Shown here: positions 49,209 through 59,465 of the stretch, one piece after another | How positions within the stretch are numbered: position 1 is the stretch's first letter | How the letters are laid out: each line of letters opens with the position of its first letter | NCBI GenBank assembly: GCA_950072105.1 | Contig: CATMOE010000008.1 | Coordinates: forward strand, 1 to 64,000 | Length of the DNA stretch: 64,000 nucleotides | Source of the DNA: an uncultured Dehalococcoidia bacterium | GTDB taxonomy: Bacteria; Chloroflexota; Dehalococcoidia; Lucifugimonadales; UBA3495 | Direction: 5' to 3' | Position numbers and translations under genes: made by a program | Notes under the pieces: model-generated | The model's input: the letters and a program-made list of their open reading frames with translations, nothing else | What the model was told of the DNA's origin: nothing | Databases searched by the model: none

Positions 49209-50300
49209 CTATTCTGATTCGCCTACGGCGCCCGGGTTTTCGATGAAGTCTTCCACCATCTTCCTCGCAACATCGTCGGTAAATTGGTCCGGTGGCGATT
49301 TCATAAAGTACGCGCTGGGGCCTTGGAGGGCTCCGCTGATGCCCCGGTCAAGGGCCAACTTGGCGCAGCGTACCGCATCGACAACGACGCCTGCTGAGTT
49401 GGGGCTATCCCAGACTTCCAGCTTGACTTCCATGTTGATCGGCGCACCGCCGAAAGAGCGCCCCTCAATACGGATGTGGCACCATTTGCGGTCTTGGAGC
49501 CATGGTACATGGTCGCTGGGACCGACATGGATATCATCGGGGTCGATTCCCTCGTCCATCTGGGAGGTAACCGCGCTGGTTTTGGAGATTCTCTTGGAGA
49601 CGGTCCGTTCCCGTTCCAGCAGGTTTAGGAAGTCGGTATTTCCGCCGAAGTTCAACTGATAGGTGTTCACGATCTTCACACCCCGGTCTTCAAACAAGCG
49701 GGTGAGCACCCGGTGGGTAATGGTCGCGCCCAATTGGGACTTGATATCGTCGCCTACTATGGGCACTCCGCGCTCCTCAAATCGCTTGCTCCAGTATTCC
49801 TCTTTGGCGATGAAAACCGGGATGCAGTTGACCATGGCGCACCTGGCTTCCAGGATCTGCTCCACGTACCATTTGGTGGCCATTTCGCTGCCCACAGGCA
49901 GGTAGTTGATCACCACGTCCACTTCTCGCTCTTTAAGGATGGCGGTAATGTTGGCGGTGGAGTGGGAGGATTTTTTCACCAGGTGGGATACGTATTTGCC
50001 GATGCCGTCGTGGGTCATGCCCCTTTCCACTGGAACGCCCATGTGGGGCACGTCCGCAAACTTCAAGGTGTTGTTGGGTTCAGTGAATATGGCTTCGGAA
50101 ACGTCCTTGCCGACCTTGTTCTGATCGATATCGAAAGCAGCCACCACTTCGATGTCTTCGATCCGGTAGTCGCCTATCTTGACGTGCATGATGCCCGGGA
50201 CTTCGGAATCCTCGGGTAGCTCTACGTACTCGTGAATACCCTGCACGAATGAAGAGGCGCAATTTCCTACGCCAATGATGGCGACTTTGATTTTCCCCAC
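49209..50300 (-). CDS. ino1: Inositol-3-phosphate synthase
   Basis: [28 protein letters not shown] and YFMKSPP motifs. Confidence 0.95.
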   Translation of the reverse strand: MGKIKVAIIGVGNCASSFVQGIHEYVELPEDSEVPGIMHVKIGDYRIEDIEVVAAFDIDQNKVGKDVSEAIFTEPNNTLKFADVPHMGVPVERGMTHDGIGKYVSHLVKKSSHSTANITAILKEREVDVVINYLPVGSEMATKWYVEQILEARCAMVNCIPVFIAKEEYWSKRFEERGVPIVGDDIKSQLGATITHRVLTRLFEDRGVKIVNTYQLNFGGNTDFLNLLERERTVSKRISKTSAVTSQMDEGIDPDDIHVGPSDHVPWLQDRKWCHIRIEGRSFGGAPINMEVKLEVWDSPNSAGVVVDAVRCAKLALDRGISGALQGPSAYFMKSPPDQFTDDVARKMVEDFIENPGAVGESE

Positions 50301-50437
50301 GATTTGGGCTCCTTTATGACCTTTACCCGTGCTTCACCGCACTGGGATCGGGCGGGTGAATTTTAGCAAGTTCCACTGGGCGCTACAAGAGGCTGGCTGG
50401 CGGGTTTTCTCTGAATATCCGCCATTAGGGTGCTACA

Positions 50438-51124
50438 TCAGGCGGCAGGAGGGAAGAATCGGAAGATTGCTGTCCGGTCGTCGTGCCTAAAGCGTCTCCC
50501 CAATTGCTCTGGCACCCCGCCTTTACCAAGGCGGCCTTCCACGACCTCATTCGTTTTCTCCGCCGCGTCGCTGGCAGAAGGAGCGGCGCGGATGATGTCT
50601 GACAACTCCTCTACTAGCATATTGTCGGTCACTCCGTCGGTGGCCAGCACCAGTCGTGTGCCGGGTTCCACCGGAAGCTCGGCGCGGGCCAAGTTTGTGA
50701 GGGTTTCGTTGGCCCCGATCGCTTTGGCCACCCCCACGTGCAGGAAACCGCCCATCCGGCCTGAGATCTGCCGGATGGAGTCACCGATAATGTGGAAGAC
50801 CGGGCTATCCCCGGCGCTGATCACGTGCAGCTTGTCGTCTTGGTACAGAACGATCGATACGGTGGTCAACAAGAACCTTCCACCGCCGACCTCGTAAAAC
50901 TCCTGGTTGACCGCCTCAAGGGCGGCGACGATGTCCTCGGGCGATTTGATAGTTGCCGCGGATAGGGCGTCCACCACCGACTGGCTGGCCTCCTCCCCGC
51001 CATGGCCGGTGACGCCGTCCATCACGCAATCCATGAAAGAATTATCGCCCAGGTCACGGAGCAGAAAGTTATCTTCTCCGTGAGATGAGTTATCTTGGAA
51101 TGTAGCTACTGTGCTACTGAGCAT
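50438..51124 (-). CDS. PP2C-family phosphatase
   Basis: ED, DGVTGHGG, GDS, TDGV and DDRT motifs. Confidence 0.85.
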   Translation of the reverse strand: MLSSTVATFQDNSSHGEDNFLLRDLGDNSFMDCVMDGVTGHGGEEASQSVVDALSAATIKSPEDIVAALEAVNQEFYEVGGGRFLLTTVSIVLYQDDKLHVISAGDSPVFHIIGDSIRQISGRMGGFLHVGVAKAIGANETLTNLARAELPVEPGTRLVLATDGVTDNMLVEELSDIIRAAPSASDAAEKTNEVVEGRLGKGGVPEQLGRRFRHDDRTAIFRFFPPAA

Positions 51125-51168
51125 GTTCCTTGTCCTTCATTGTTTCTATACGGATTTGGCTGTCGGGA

Positions 51169-52239
51169 TCAGCGGTCGAAAGCCGCTAATTCGACTTCGG
51201 CGTCGAAAAGGTATTTGTTCCAGTGGTCTTCTTTAAGCCAGTTTAGCGCCTCTCCCCATGCCAGGCGCATCTTATCCATGCCCTCCAGATCCTCGTCTCG
51301 TTGATCAACTGCCGTCAGGTAGGAGTTCAAGTCCTGGCAGAAGCCGGCAAGGTCGGTATATGAGCGGTCGTGAACCCTGGCTATCATGTCCAGGGCAGCG
51401 GTTCGCACCGGCTCGTCCGTTTCGCCGAAAGCTGCGGCCATCTCGTCCAATTCCTCTAGGAAGTTGACCACCGGACGTTGACCGTAGGGTTCCCGGTAGT
51501 CCGCCGCATCCTCAGGATGCGTTTTGGGAGTGGCGTAAAATTTCAGCATTTCTAGACAGAAGTCGTGAATGTCCCTGGGCGGCCTACCCCGGCGGTCCGG
51601 CTCTCCATCCAAGGAAACCAGGTCACCACAATCGACGACGGTTATATGGCCGGTTAATGGCTGGTAAAAAAGGTTTTGTGGGCGAAGGTCCAGCAAAATA
51701 TAGCCGATCTGGATAAAAGATTCTTCCAACGTCAGTAATTGTTCGTGAACGGCGAATGGGGCGCGGTCCGGTGGGCGCAGCAATGGGTGTAAGGCGAACA
51801 GGTTCTGGCCTACACCGGTTGGGACTCCCGTGATGCGGGCTCTCATGTCCCCCACCATCAAAGGTATGCCTTTGGCTCGTTCTTCTACGATAACCCGGTA
51901 TTCCTGCCCCAAGGAGTCGCCGTAGAACTGGTCGTGGATCGCTCGTTCCGTATATCCAACCATGGGCACTAAATTTTCGTTGGTCTGGCCGATCTGCTCT
52001 AGGACTTGAAGTGTACGATCGGTGCGCGCTTCGGTGCTGACGTGCATTCCCCGGCTTATCATCTGGGGTACGGGCCTCTTCAAAACCACCTGTTTGCCGG
52101 TTTCCTGGTCCAGCGCCGCTCGGACTTCATAGTCGGCGCCGGTACCCAAGATACCAGAGGTCTGGAAGCGGTCAAGGTCGACTTTTTGCATCAACATACG
52201 TCCGATCGCCAATCGCCCCATCACCGCGCCAAGAGCCAT
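51169..52239 (-). CDS. Divergent protein-kinase-like protein
   Basis: GTGADYEV, VVLKR, LLDLRPQN and VVDCG motifs; start is uncertain. Confidence 0.65.
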   Translation of the reverse strand: MALGAVMGRLAIGRMLMQKVDLDRFQTSGILGTGADYEVRAALDQETGKQVVLKRPVPQMISRGMHVSTEARTDRTLQVLEQIGQTNENLVPMVGYTERAIHDQFYGDSLGQEYRVIVEERAKGIPLMVGDMRARITGVPTGVGQNLFALHPLLRPPDRAPFAVHEQLLTLEESFIQIGYILLDLRPQNLFYQPLTGHITVVDCGDLVSLDGEPDRRGRPPRDIHDFCLEMLKFYATPKTHPEDAADYREPYGQRPVVNFLEELDEMAAAFGETDEPVRTAALDMIARVHDRSYTDLAGFCQDLNSYLTAVDQRDEDLEGMDKMRLAWGEALNWLKEDHWNKYLFDAEVELAAFDR

Positions 52240-52391
52240 TTCGCCAGCTTCGGCGGTGGCTGTTTCACAACCTGCGAGGACAGACCGATGGTACCCCCTC
52301 GTAGGGCAAAATGCAATAAATCAGACTGATTTCCCAAGGCTGCTCCTTTCCGTGGATCGATGCGCCGGTAAGGCGCTTGGTGAGCATGGAC

Positions 52392-53285
52392 CTAGGTTAT
52401 GGGGCTGCGATATACCAGAGTTACCCATTCTTCCTGATGCCACTCTTTGATATAGGTAAAGCCCAGATCCAATAGGACGGTTTCCACATCTTGGCGCTGA
52501 GACTCCATCAACCCGGAAGCTATCAGATGTCCACCGGCGATTAACGTAGGCAGGATATGAGGCGCGCGCTCCCCGACGGCACGGGCGGAAATGTTGGCGA
52601 CCGCAACATCGAACTGCCCATTTCCCGCCAAAGGATGAGGCACCGACCCCTGAGTCAACGCCACTAATTTCTGCACCCGGGTGCGGCGAAAGTTTTGCCG
52701 CGCGGCTCGCACCGCTTGAGGGTCGATGTCCAAGGCGACCACTCGCGATGCCCCTAGTTTGGCGGCGGTGATGGCGAGGATTCCGGAGCCGGTTCCCACG
52801 TCTAGGACGGCCATGCCGGGCTTCACAATATCTTCCAGTGCCTCCAAACAGGTATGGGTGGTGGGGTGATAGCCTGTGCCAAAGGCCATTCCGGGGTCCA
52901 GTTCAATCAATACGTCGCCGGGACCTTCTTCGTAGTCTATCCACGTGGGCTTTATCACCAAGTGACGGCCCACTCTAAGCAGATCAAAGTGGGACCGCCA
53001 TTCGCTTTCCCAGTCTTGCTCCTCGGGCAAGGGGGTGATGGTCAAGTCTTCCATGGGCTCAAGAATGGCGACCAACCTCAGCCCCACCTCGATGCGGGCC
53101 AAACGTTGACGGGAATTGGCCGGCAGATAGGTCCGCATCAAAACCAGGTCCGAGGCGTCTCGTTCCTGCCCCCGTTCCCGTACTCTTTCCATCGAAAGGC
53201 CACGGCCGTAGCGGCCGAACAAATACGAAACCGGTTCCACGTATTCGTATGGCACTCGAATGCTAAGCTCTTGCCAGGACATCAA
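52392..53285 (-). CDS. prmA: Ribosomal protein L11 methyltransferase
   Basis: DPGMAFGTGYHPTT and DVGTGSGILA motifs; follows dnaJ. Confidence 0.95.
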   Translation of the reverse strand: MMSWQELSIRVPYEYVEPVSYLFGRYGRGLSMERVRERGQERDASDLVLMRTYLPANSRQRLARIEVGLRLVAILEPMEDLTITPLPEEQDWESEWRSHFDLLRVGRHLVIKPTWIDYEEGPGDVLIELDPGMAFGTGYHPTTHTCLEALEDIVKPGMAVLDVGTGSGILAITAAKLGASRVVALDIDPQAVRAARQNFRRTRVQKLVALTQGSVPHPLAGNGQFDVAVANISARAVGERAPHILPTLIAGGHLIASGLMESQRQDVETVLLDLGFTYIKEWHQEEWVTLVYRSPIT

Positions 53286-53365
53286 CTCTCCGAAAAAAAC
53301 CCGGGCGGCAAAGCAACCCGAGCGTCTGGGTCTAAAACTTGCGGGTCAAGGCTACGTTCTAATGC

Positions 53366-54526
53366 CTAGCCCAAGACTTCCTTGATCCGCTCGAATATTC
53401 CCTTGTCGCTATCGTCATCTGATCCCTGGTCCACGCCGCCGGAGTCGTTGCCGCTTTGGCTGGAGTTGAGGGAACGGGCCAACTCCTCCAGCAATCTGCG
53501 TTGTTCCGGATCCAGCGCTTGGGGAACTTGCAGGTTCACCAATACTCGCAGGTCTCCGCGGCGGTTACCGTGCAGGTGAGGAACACCTTTACCCCGTATT
53601 CGGAATTCGGTGCCCGGTTGAGTCCCTTGGGGGACCTTGATCTTTTCGGTGCTCCCGTCCAGGGTGGGCACTTCTTTTTCCACGCCCAAGGCGGCTTCCG
53701 CCACGTTGACCGGGAGATAATACAACAGGTCATTGCCATCCCGGTCGAACTGTTTGTGGTCCCGTACATCAAGATGTATGTAAAGGTTGCCCGCAGGTCC
53801 GCCACCCCGCCCCACGTCCCCTTCGCCGGTAAGACGTACCTGCATCCCAGCCTCTACTCCCGCCGGGATGGTGACGGATATCTTCCGCTTACGGCGGTCT
53901 ATGCCGGAGGCTCGGCAAGCGGTACAGGGAGTTTTTATGACCTTTCCAGAACCTCGGCAGGCTGGACAGGCGCTAACCTGGGCGAATTGGCCGAAGATAC
54001 TTCTCTGGGACCGCCGAACCTGCCCACTGCCCCGACAGGTGGTGCAGGAGCTTATTTCCGAGCCGGGTTCGTTGCCTTCGCCCGAGCAGTGTTGACACGG
54101 TTCCTGACGGGTAATCTCCACCTCACGTTCGGTGCCGAAGACGGCTTCGTGGAACTCAAGGACAACCCTTTGTTGAAGGTCTTCGCCGCGCTGAGCCTGA
54201 CGCTCTCGCCGCCCGGAGACATCACCGAAGAATGAATCGAAAATGTCTCCGAAACCACCGAACACGTCGAAGCCGTCGAAGGGCCGGTCTTGACCGCCGT
54301 TGGAGCCAACCCCGGGGCGTCCGAAACGATCGTATTGGGCCCGCTTCTTGGGGTCGGAGAGTACTTGATAAGCTTCGTTGATCTCCTTGAATTTATCTTC
54401 CGCGCCTTCGCTCTTGTTCCGGTCTGGATGAAACTCCATGGCCTTTTTGCGAAAGGCTCGTCGAATCTCCTCTTCATTGTCGGTTCTGGCTACTCCCAGA
54501 GCCTCATAGAAGTCCTTATCGGCCAT
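53366..54526 (-). CDS. dnaJ: Chaperone DnaJ
   Basis: HPD J-domain and four CxxCxGxG-type repeats. Confidence 0.96.
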   Translation of the reverse strand: MADKDFYEALGVARTDNEEEIRRAFRKKAMEFHPDRNKSEGAEDKFKEINEAYQVLSDPKKRAQYDRFGRPGVGSNGGQDRPFDGFDVFGGFGDIFDSFFGDVSGRRERQAQRGEDLQQRVVLEFHEAVFGTEREVEITRQEPCQHCSGEGNEPGSEISSCTTCRGSGQVRRSQRSIFGQFAQVSACPACRGSGKVIKTPCTACRASGIDRRKRKISVTIPAGVEAGMQVRLTGEGDVGRGGGPAGNLYIHLDVRDHKQFDRDGNDLLYYLPVNVAEAALGVEKEVPTLDGSTEKIKVPQGTQPGTEFRIRGKGVPHLHGNRRGDLRVLVNLQVPQALDPEQRRLLEELARSLNSSQSGNDSGGVDQGSDDDSDKGIFERIKEVLG

Positions 54527-54730
54527 GCAATGTCACCTACTGTGGCTAACTTCATTGGATATAGTCTGGTTCATTATAGTGCAGCCAGGCGGCACGCTCA
54601 ATAGCGCGAACTACCCGGTAATGCCTTTTAATCGCCGAATTTAGGCTGTTGAACCGGTAGCCACCGAAGCGGTAGTCGTTGCAATGGCCGTAGATGAGCG
54701 AAAATGGCGTGTCGAAATGATCACCTCTCC

Positions 54731-54759
54731 TTGACACCGGTGACCCTCATCGTTAGCAT
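54731..54759 (+). promoter_or_regulatory. Promoter of rny
   Basis: TTGACA-17-TAGCAT. Confidence 0.55.
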
Positions 54760-54821
54760 GTAAGTTTAAGTGTGGTAACCAATTTACTCAGTATAATCGA
54801 CGGATAAGGAGAGGTGATAAG

Positions 54822-56354
54822 GTGCTAACTACAACTGTCATCATAGTCCTGGCCGTCCTTGCGGTTGCTGGGTTTGGGGTATCTGCATGGTTGACCCTCA
54901 GATCAAAGTTTGACGGTACAAAGGTAGACAACGCCAGGGAGAGAGCTGAAACCATAGTAACGCAGGCGGAGGAGGAGCAGCGTAAGCTCCTTCTTGCTGC
55001 TCAGGAAGACGTCCTTAAACTTCGCACCGAAGGTGAGAACGAAGTTAAAGAACAGCGCCAGGAGCTAAACCGGCAAGAACGCCGGTTCTTCCAACGGGAA
55101 GAGCAACTGGAGCGGAAGACTGAAAACCTGGATCGGTTGCAAGATGAGCTTAGCGGCAAAGAAGCCGAGGTCAAACAGACCTTGGTTGAGGCCGAAGAGA
55201 TCAAAGGTAAACAACAGGAAGCTCTCGAAAGCGTAGCCGGTCTAAATGTAGCCGACGCACGGCAGATAGTCGTTAAGCGGGGCGAGGAAGAAGCCCAGCA
55301 CGATCTGTCCCGCCGGTACTATGAGCTGGAAAAAGAACACAAGGCGAGAGCGGACGATAACGCCCGCAAGATCATTACCCTGGCGATTAACCGTCTAGCA
55401 ACGGATGTTGTTTCTGAGGCAACAACCTCGGTAGTATCCCTGCCCAACGATGAGATGAAAGGACGTCTCATAGGCCGAGAAGGGCGAAACATACGTACTT
55501 TGGAGGCCCTGACTGGCGTCGATGTGATCATCGACGATACCCCGGAAGTAGTGACGATTTCCTGCTTCGACCCCGTCCGGCGGGAGATCGCGCGTTTGTC
55601 ATTAGAGAAACTTATCTCGGATGGGCGCATTCAACCCGCCCGGATCGAAGACGTGGTACTGCGTGCCCAAAAAGATATTGAGCAGACCATCTGGAAAGCC
55701 GGGGAGCAAGCCACCTTCGATGTTGGAATAAGCGGTCTGGATACGGAGCTTATCAGGCTCTTGGGGCATCTCAAATACCGTTATAGCTACGGTGAAAACG
55801 TATTGAAGCACTCTGTGGAGGTTGCTCTACTGTCGGGTATGCTGGCTGCTGAAGCCGGCGCCAACGTAGAAGTAGCCAAAATGGGTGGGTTACTACACGA
55901 CATCGGCAAAGCCCTAACCCATGAAATCTCCGGGCCCCATGCTGAAATAGGCGCGGAGATCGCTCAGAAGCATGGTATCAACTATAGCTCCTACCGAGGG
56001 ATTCTCGAGCATCACGACGACGAGCACGAGACTATCGAGTCTTTCTTGGTGGCTAGCGCCGACGCGATTAGCGCATCCCGGCCTGGGGCTCGCAAAGAGT
56101 CCTTGGAACTCTATGTTAAGCGGCTTAAGGACTTGGAACAGGCCGCCGCCGGCTTTAGCGGTGTAGAGCGGGTATTTGCGATTCAAGCCGGTCGTGAGGT
56201 AAGGGTTATGGTGAAGCCGGAAGACATGGACGACGTCGAGTCAGCCTCGCTGGCCCGCAACATAGCCCGTAAGGTAGAGGAAGACCTGGTCTTTCCCGGG
56301 CAGATCAAGGTAACGGTTATCCGGGAGACCCGCAACGTGGAATTCGCTAGGTAG
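54822..56354 (+). CDS. rny: Ribonuclease Y
   Basis: N-terminal TM, coiled coil, KH domain (GRLIGREGRNIR), HD domain and ISASRPGAR. Confidence 0.96.
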   Translation: MLTTTVIIVLAVLAVAGFGVSAWLTLRSKFDGTKVDNARERAETIVTQAEEEQRKLLLAAQEDVLKLRTEGENEVKEQRQELNRQERRFFQREEQLERKTENLDRLQDELSGKEAEVKQTLVEAEEIKGKQQEALESVAGLNVADARQIVVKRGEEEAQHDLSRRYYELEKEHKARADDNARKIITLAINRLATDVVSEATTSVVSLPNDEMKGRLIGREGRNIRTLEALTGVDVIIDDTPEVVTISCFDPVRREIARLSLEKLISDGRIQPARIEDVVLRAQKDIEQTIWKAGEQATFDVGISGLDTELIRLLGHLKYRYSYGENVLKHSVEVALLSGMLAAEAGANVEVAKMGGLLHDIGKALTHEISGPHAEIGAEIAQKHGINYSSYRGILEHHDDEHETIESFLVASADAISASRPGARKESLELYVKRLKDLEQAAAGFSGVERVFAIQAGREVRVMVKPEDMDDVESASLARNIARKVEEDLVFPGQIKVTVIRETRNVEFAR

Positions 56355-56422
56355 ACGACGATTTCGCCAGTGGTGAAAGCGTCGCGGTAGGCAACCAACC
56401 TAACGGTCCAGGTAGACTTGGA

Positions 56423-56458
56423 TGAGGGGACCCAAGAACCGAAACTTGGGTCCCCTCA
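56423..56458. other. Perfect 14-bp intercistronic stem-loop
   Basis: TGAGGGGACCCAAG-N8-CTTGGGTCCCCTCA; no U tract. Confidence 0.6.
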
Positions 56459-56536
56459 AGCTGTGTGAATGATTGGAATTCCAGGCTAGTTTCCAGCCCA
56501 GCTTCCAGATTGGACATCTCCAGGGGGAAATCGGTT

Positions 56537-57307
56537 TTGCGTATCCTTATGATTGGGGACATAATCGGCAAACCCGGTAGGCGGGCGGTGCGAAGTATCG
56601 TGGGGGACCTACGCCGGGAACATAGCATCGACATGGTGATTGCCAACGGAGAAAACGTGGCCGGGGGATTCGGAATCACATTGGACACGGCCTATGAACT
56701 GTTGGAAAGCGGTGTCGATGTCATCACCTCAGGGAATCACATCTGGGACCAGAAGGAAATAATCCCTCACCTGGATGAGGGTTTGCCCATTCTACGTCCG
56801 GCCAACTATCCTGACGCTCCGGGCCGGGGTTACTTGATCCAAGAAGACGTCATGGTTATGAACCTGATGGGCCGGGTCTTCATGCCTGCCTTGGACTGCC
56901 CATTTCGTACCGCCAGCCGGTTGCTGAAAGAATCCGGTAGGGAAGACGTTCCCGGGGTTATCATCGTCGACTTCCACGCCGAGGCCACATCAGAGAAGCA
57001 AGCGATGGGTTGGTATTTAGACGGCCGGGTTAGCGCGGTGTTGGGTACCCATACCCACGTGGGGACGGTGGACGGCCGAATCATGCCCAAAGGGACCGCA
57101 TATCTGTCCGATGTGGGAATGACCGGCCCGGTGGAATCTGTGATAGGTAGCGAACCGGAGGCCGTTCTCACCCGTTTCCTCACTGGCATGCCCCACCGGC
57201 TGGCCGTAGCCGGCGGCCCGGTGAAGATGAACTCGGTCCTGCTGGATATTGACACTGAAACTGGAAAGGCGCGATCTATCGAGCGCCTGGACATTATGGA
57301 GAGCTAA
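56537..57307 (+). CDS. ymdB: YmdB-family metallophosphoesterase
   Basis: GDIIG, NGEN, GNH, DFHAEATSEK and GTHTHV motifs. Confidence 0.92.
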   Translation: MRILMIGDIIGKPGRRAVRSIVGDLRREHSIDMVIANGENVAGGFGITLDTAYELLESGVDVITSGNHIWDQKEIIPHLDEGLPILRPANYPDAPGRGYLIQEDVMVMNLMGRVFMPALDCPFRTASRLLKESGREDVPGVIIVDFHAEATSEKQAMGWYLDGRVSAVLGTHTHVGTVDGRIMPKGTAYLSDVGMTGPVESVIGSEPEAVLTRFLTGMPHRLAVAGGPVKMNSVLLDIDTETGKARSIERLDIMES

Positions 57308-57308
57308 A

Positions 57309-58181
57309 ATGAGTGCCCTGGTTGACTTGCACCTTCACACTACCGCTTCAGACGGCCGGTTGTCTCCGGCTGAACTGGTCCGGCTTTTGGCTAAGCAAGG
57401 ATTGAAGCAGGTGGCCATATCGGACCACGATACCACCGAAGGGCTGGAAGAAGCCTTCGCCGCGGCGAAGGAATTTCCGGACATGCGGATAATTCCCGCC
57501 ATTGAGTTAAGCACGGATATCCCCGGCGATGAAGTCCATATGCTCGGCTACTTCCTCCGGTATGAAGATGAAGAGCTACAAACAATCTTGCGCCAATTTC
57601 GGGCGGGCCGTTTGGAGCGAGGCCGGATGATTGTCGAAAAATTGGCCACTCTGGGCATCCATGTCGAATGGGAGAGAGTTCAGGAGATCGCCGGGGAAGG
57701 GGCGGTAGGGCGCCCCCATATCGCCCTTGCGATGGTGGAAAAAGGTTACTGCAAAGAACCTAAAGACGCCTTCCCGGAATACCTGGGACGCAACGGTCTG
57801 GCCTACGTGGAGCGGTCTAAGATGACGCCACCGGAAGCGGTGGAGATGCTGATACGGTTTGGAGCGGTACCGGTGCTAGCTCACCCAGCTTACCTGGTGA
57901 ACATGGAGTCGACGATCGCCGAGTTAGCCGAAGCGGGCATCGTGGGCCTGGAGGTCTATTACGCGCAATTCAGCCCGGAAACGGTGGAACAACTTGCCCG
58001 ATTGGCATCTCAACATGGGCTGATCCCTTGTGGTGGCAGTGATTATCATGGCCTGGGGAACGAAGGAGAGCCACTCCCCGGCACATTAGGACCGCCTTTG
58101 GAGACTGTGGAACTACTGGAGCAAGCGGCGGAAAAGATCGCCGCGGCCGTCGGAAGACAGGCGCGAGTCAGCGCACAATGA
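57309..58181 (+). CDS. PHP domain phosphoesterase
   Basis: DLHLHTTASDG, SDHD, AHP and GGSDYHG motifs. Confidence 0.9.
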   Translation: MSALVDLHLHTTASDGRLSPAELVRLLAKQGLKQVAISDHDTTEGLEEAFAAAKEFPDMRIIPAIELSTDIPGDEVHMLGYFLRYEDEELQTILRQFRAGRLERGRMIVEKLATLGIHVEWERVQEIAGEGAVGRPHIALAMVEKGYCKEPKDAFPEYLGRNGLAYVERSKMTPPEAVEMLIRFGAVPVLAHPAYLVNMESTIAELAEAGIVGLEVYYAQFSPETVEQLARLASQHGLIPCGGSDYHGLGNEGEPLPGTLGPPLETVELLEQAAEKIAAAVGRQARVSAQ

Positions 58182-58903
58182 TGCCGATGGAATTATTAGG
58201 TCTATACGCCTTTTCCTATCTATTAGGTTCAATTCCCACCGCTTATCTGGTCGGCAGGCTGGTCAAGCATGTGGATATCCGCGACTATGGCAGCGGCAAC
58301 GTGGGCGGATCTAACTTATCGCACCACGTTGGCAAAAGATGGACTGTGCCTCAATGCCTATTGGACGTTGTGGTCAAAGGATCTGTTCCAATATGGATCG
58401 GGCTGTATGGTCTGGGGCTCGACCCGACAGCGCCGTTGCTGGTGGTAGTGCCCCTGCTGGCCGTCCTAGGGCACAACTGGAGTATCTACTTGAAATTCCA
58501 GGGCGGCCGCGGCATCGCCGTGGTTTTTGGCACCCTTCTAGCATTGGCCCCGCTGCTGTTGGCGGCGTTTGCCATGGTTGCGCTAGTTGGCTGGGTAATG
58601 ACCAGAAGCGCCGGGGTTTGGGTATTGATCTCTTTGCTACTGTTGCCCTTGTGGGTAATGCTAATGCCCACATGGGCTGTTTTGGGTGGCGACCGGTTAG
58701 TGATAGGTTGGTTTTGCGGTGGGTTGGTGGGGCTGATTGTTCTGAAGCGGTTGGTATCTAATTGGACTCCCCTTTACAAAGGACTACCCAGAAAAAAGGT
58801 TTTGTTTAATCGACTTTTTCGGGACCGGGATATTGACGACCGGAACGAGTGGGTCTCGGTCGGGGGCATCGAGACTCAATCGGAGCGGCCGACCGAAGGC
58901 TAG
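58178..58903 (+). CDS. plsY: Glycerol-3-phosphate acyltransferase, PlsY family
   Basis: YLLGSIP, GSGNVG and GHNWS..FQGGRG motifs. Confidence 0.85.
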   Translation: MMPMELLGLYAFSYLLGSIPTAYLVGRLVKHVDIRDYGSGNVGGSNLSHHVGKRWTVPQCLLDVVVKGSVPIWIGLYGLGLDPTAPLLVVVPLLAVLGHNWSIYLKFQGGRGIAVVFGTLLALAPLLLAAFAMVALVGWVMTRSAGVWVLISLLLLPLWVMLMPTWAVLGGDRLVIGWFCGGLVGLIVLKRLVSNWTPLYKGLPRKKVLFNRLFRDRDIDDRNEWVSVGGIETQSERPTEG

Positions 58904-58934
58904 CATCAGGCGAATGGGATATTGTTGAATCAAC

Positions 58935-59465
58935 ATGACCATGAATCAATCACAACAAGAGGAATTGATCCTAGGATCGGTTAACTACTGCTACCGGCAT
59001 CCCGATGTCGAGACTGGGTTGTCATGCAGCCAGTGCGCAAAGTCCGTCTGTATCGACTGCATGGTTCAGGCCCCGGTTGGGATCCGTTGCCGCGAGTGCG
59101 GCAAAGCAGTCAAGATGCCGACCTATGACATTTCACGCGGTTACTACGCGCGGGCCGCCGGAGTGGGTGCGGGGGTGGCGATCGGCGGTGGCCTGATGTG
59201 GGCGCTAGTCAATTTTGTCAACTTCAACTTCTTCGGCCTCCCATACCTAGCGTCTCTGATCGGCCTGGGTATCGGCTACGGTGCGGGAGAGTTGATCAGC
59301 AGGTCGGTCAACGGTAAACGAGGCTCCGGCCTGGCTTGGATATCCGCTTGCTCAGTGATTGGAGCGTTCTTGGTAAGTTGGCAAACCGTCCCGTTCTCAT
59401 TGGGTATTTTCGGTTTGCTCCTCATCGGTTTCGGCGTCTACACTGCCGTTCAGAGGGTCCGATAA
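58935..59465 (+). CDS. B-box-like zinc-finger membrane protein
   Basis: CYRHP..CSQC..C..C..CREC followed by TM helices. Confidence 0.75.
   Translation: MTMNQSQQEELILGSVNYCYRHPDVETGLSCSQCAKSVCIDCMVQAPVGIRCRECGKAVKMPTYDISRGYYARAAGVGAGVAIGGGLMWALVNFVNFNFFGLPYLASLIGLGIGYGAGELISRSVNGKRGSGLAWISACSVIGAFLVSWQTVPFSLGIFGLLLIGFGVYTAVQRVR

Noticed and set aside
54753..54778. Possible CIRCE element upstream of dnaJ
   Set aside because: TTAGCATGT…GTGTGGTAA has several mismatches and the wrong spacing, and is better explained as the rny -10 region.
59397..59465. 69-bp convergent overlap between the zinc-finger gene and recX
   Set aside because: Tail-to-tail overlaps from stop-codon drift are common; no sign of function.
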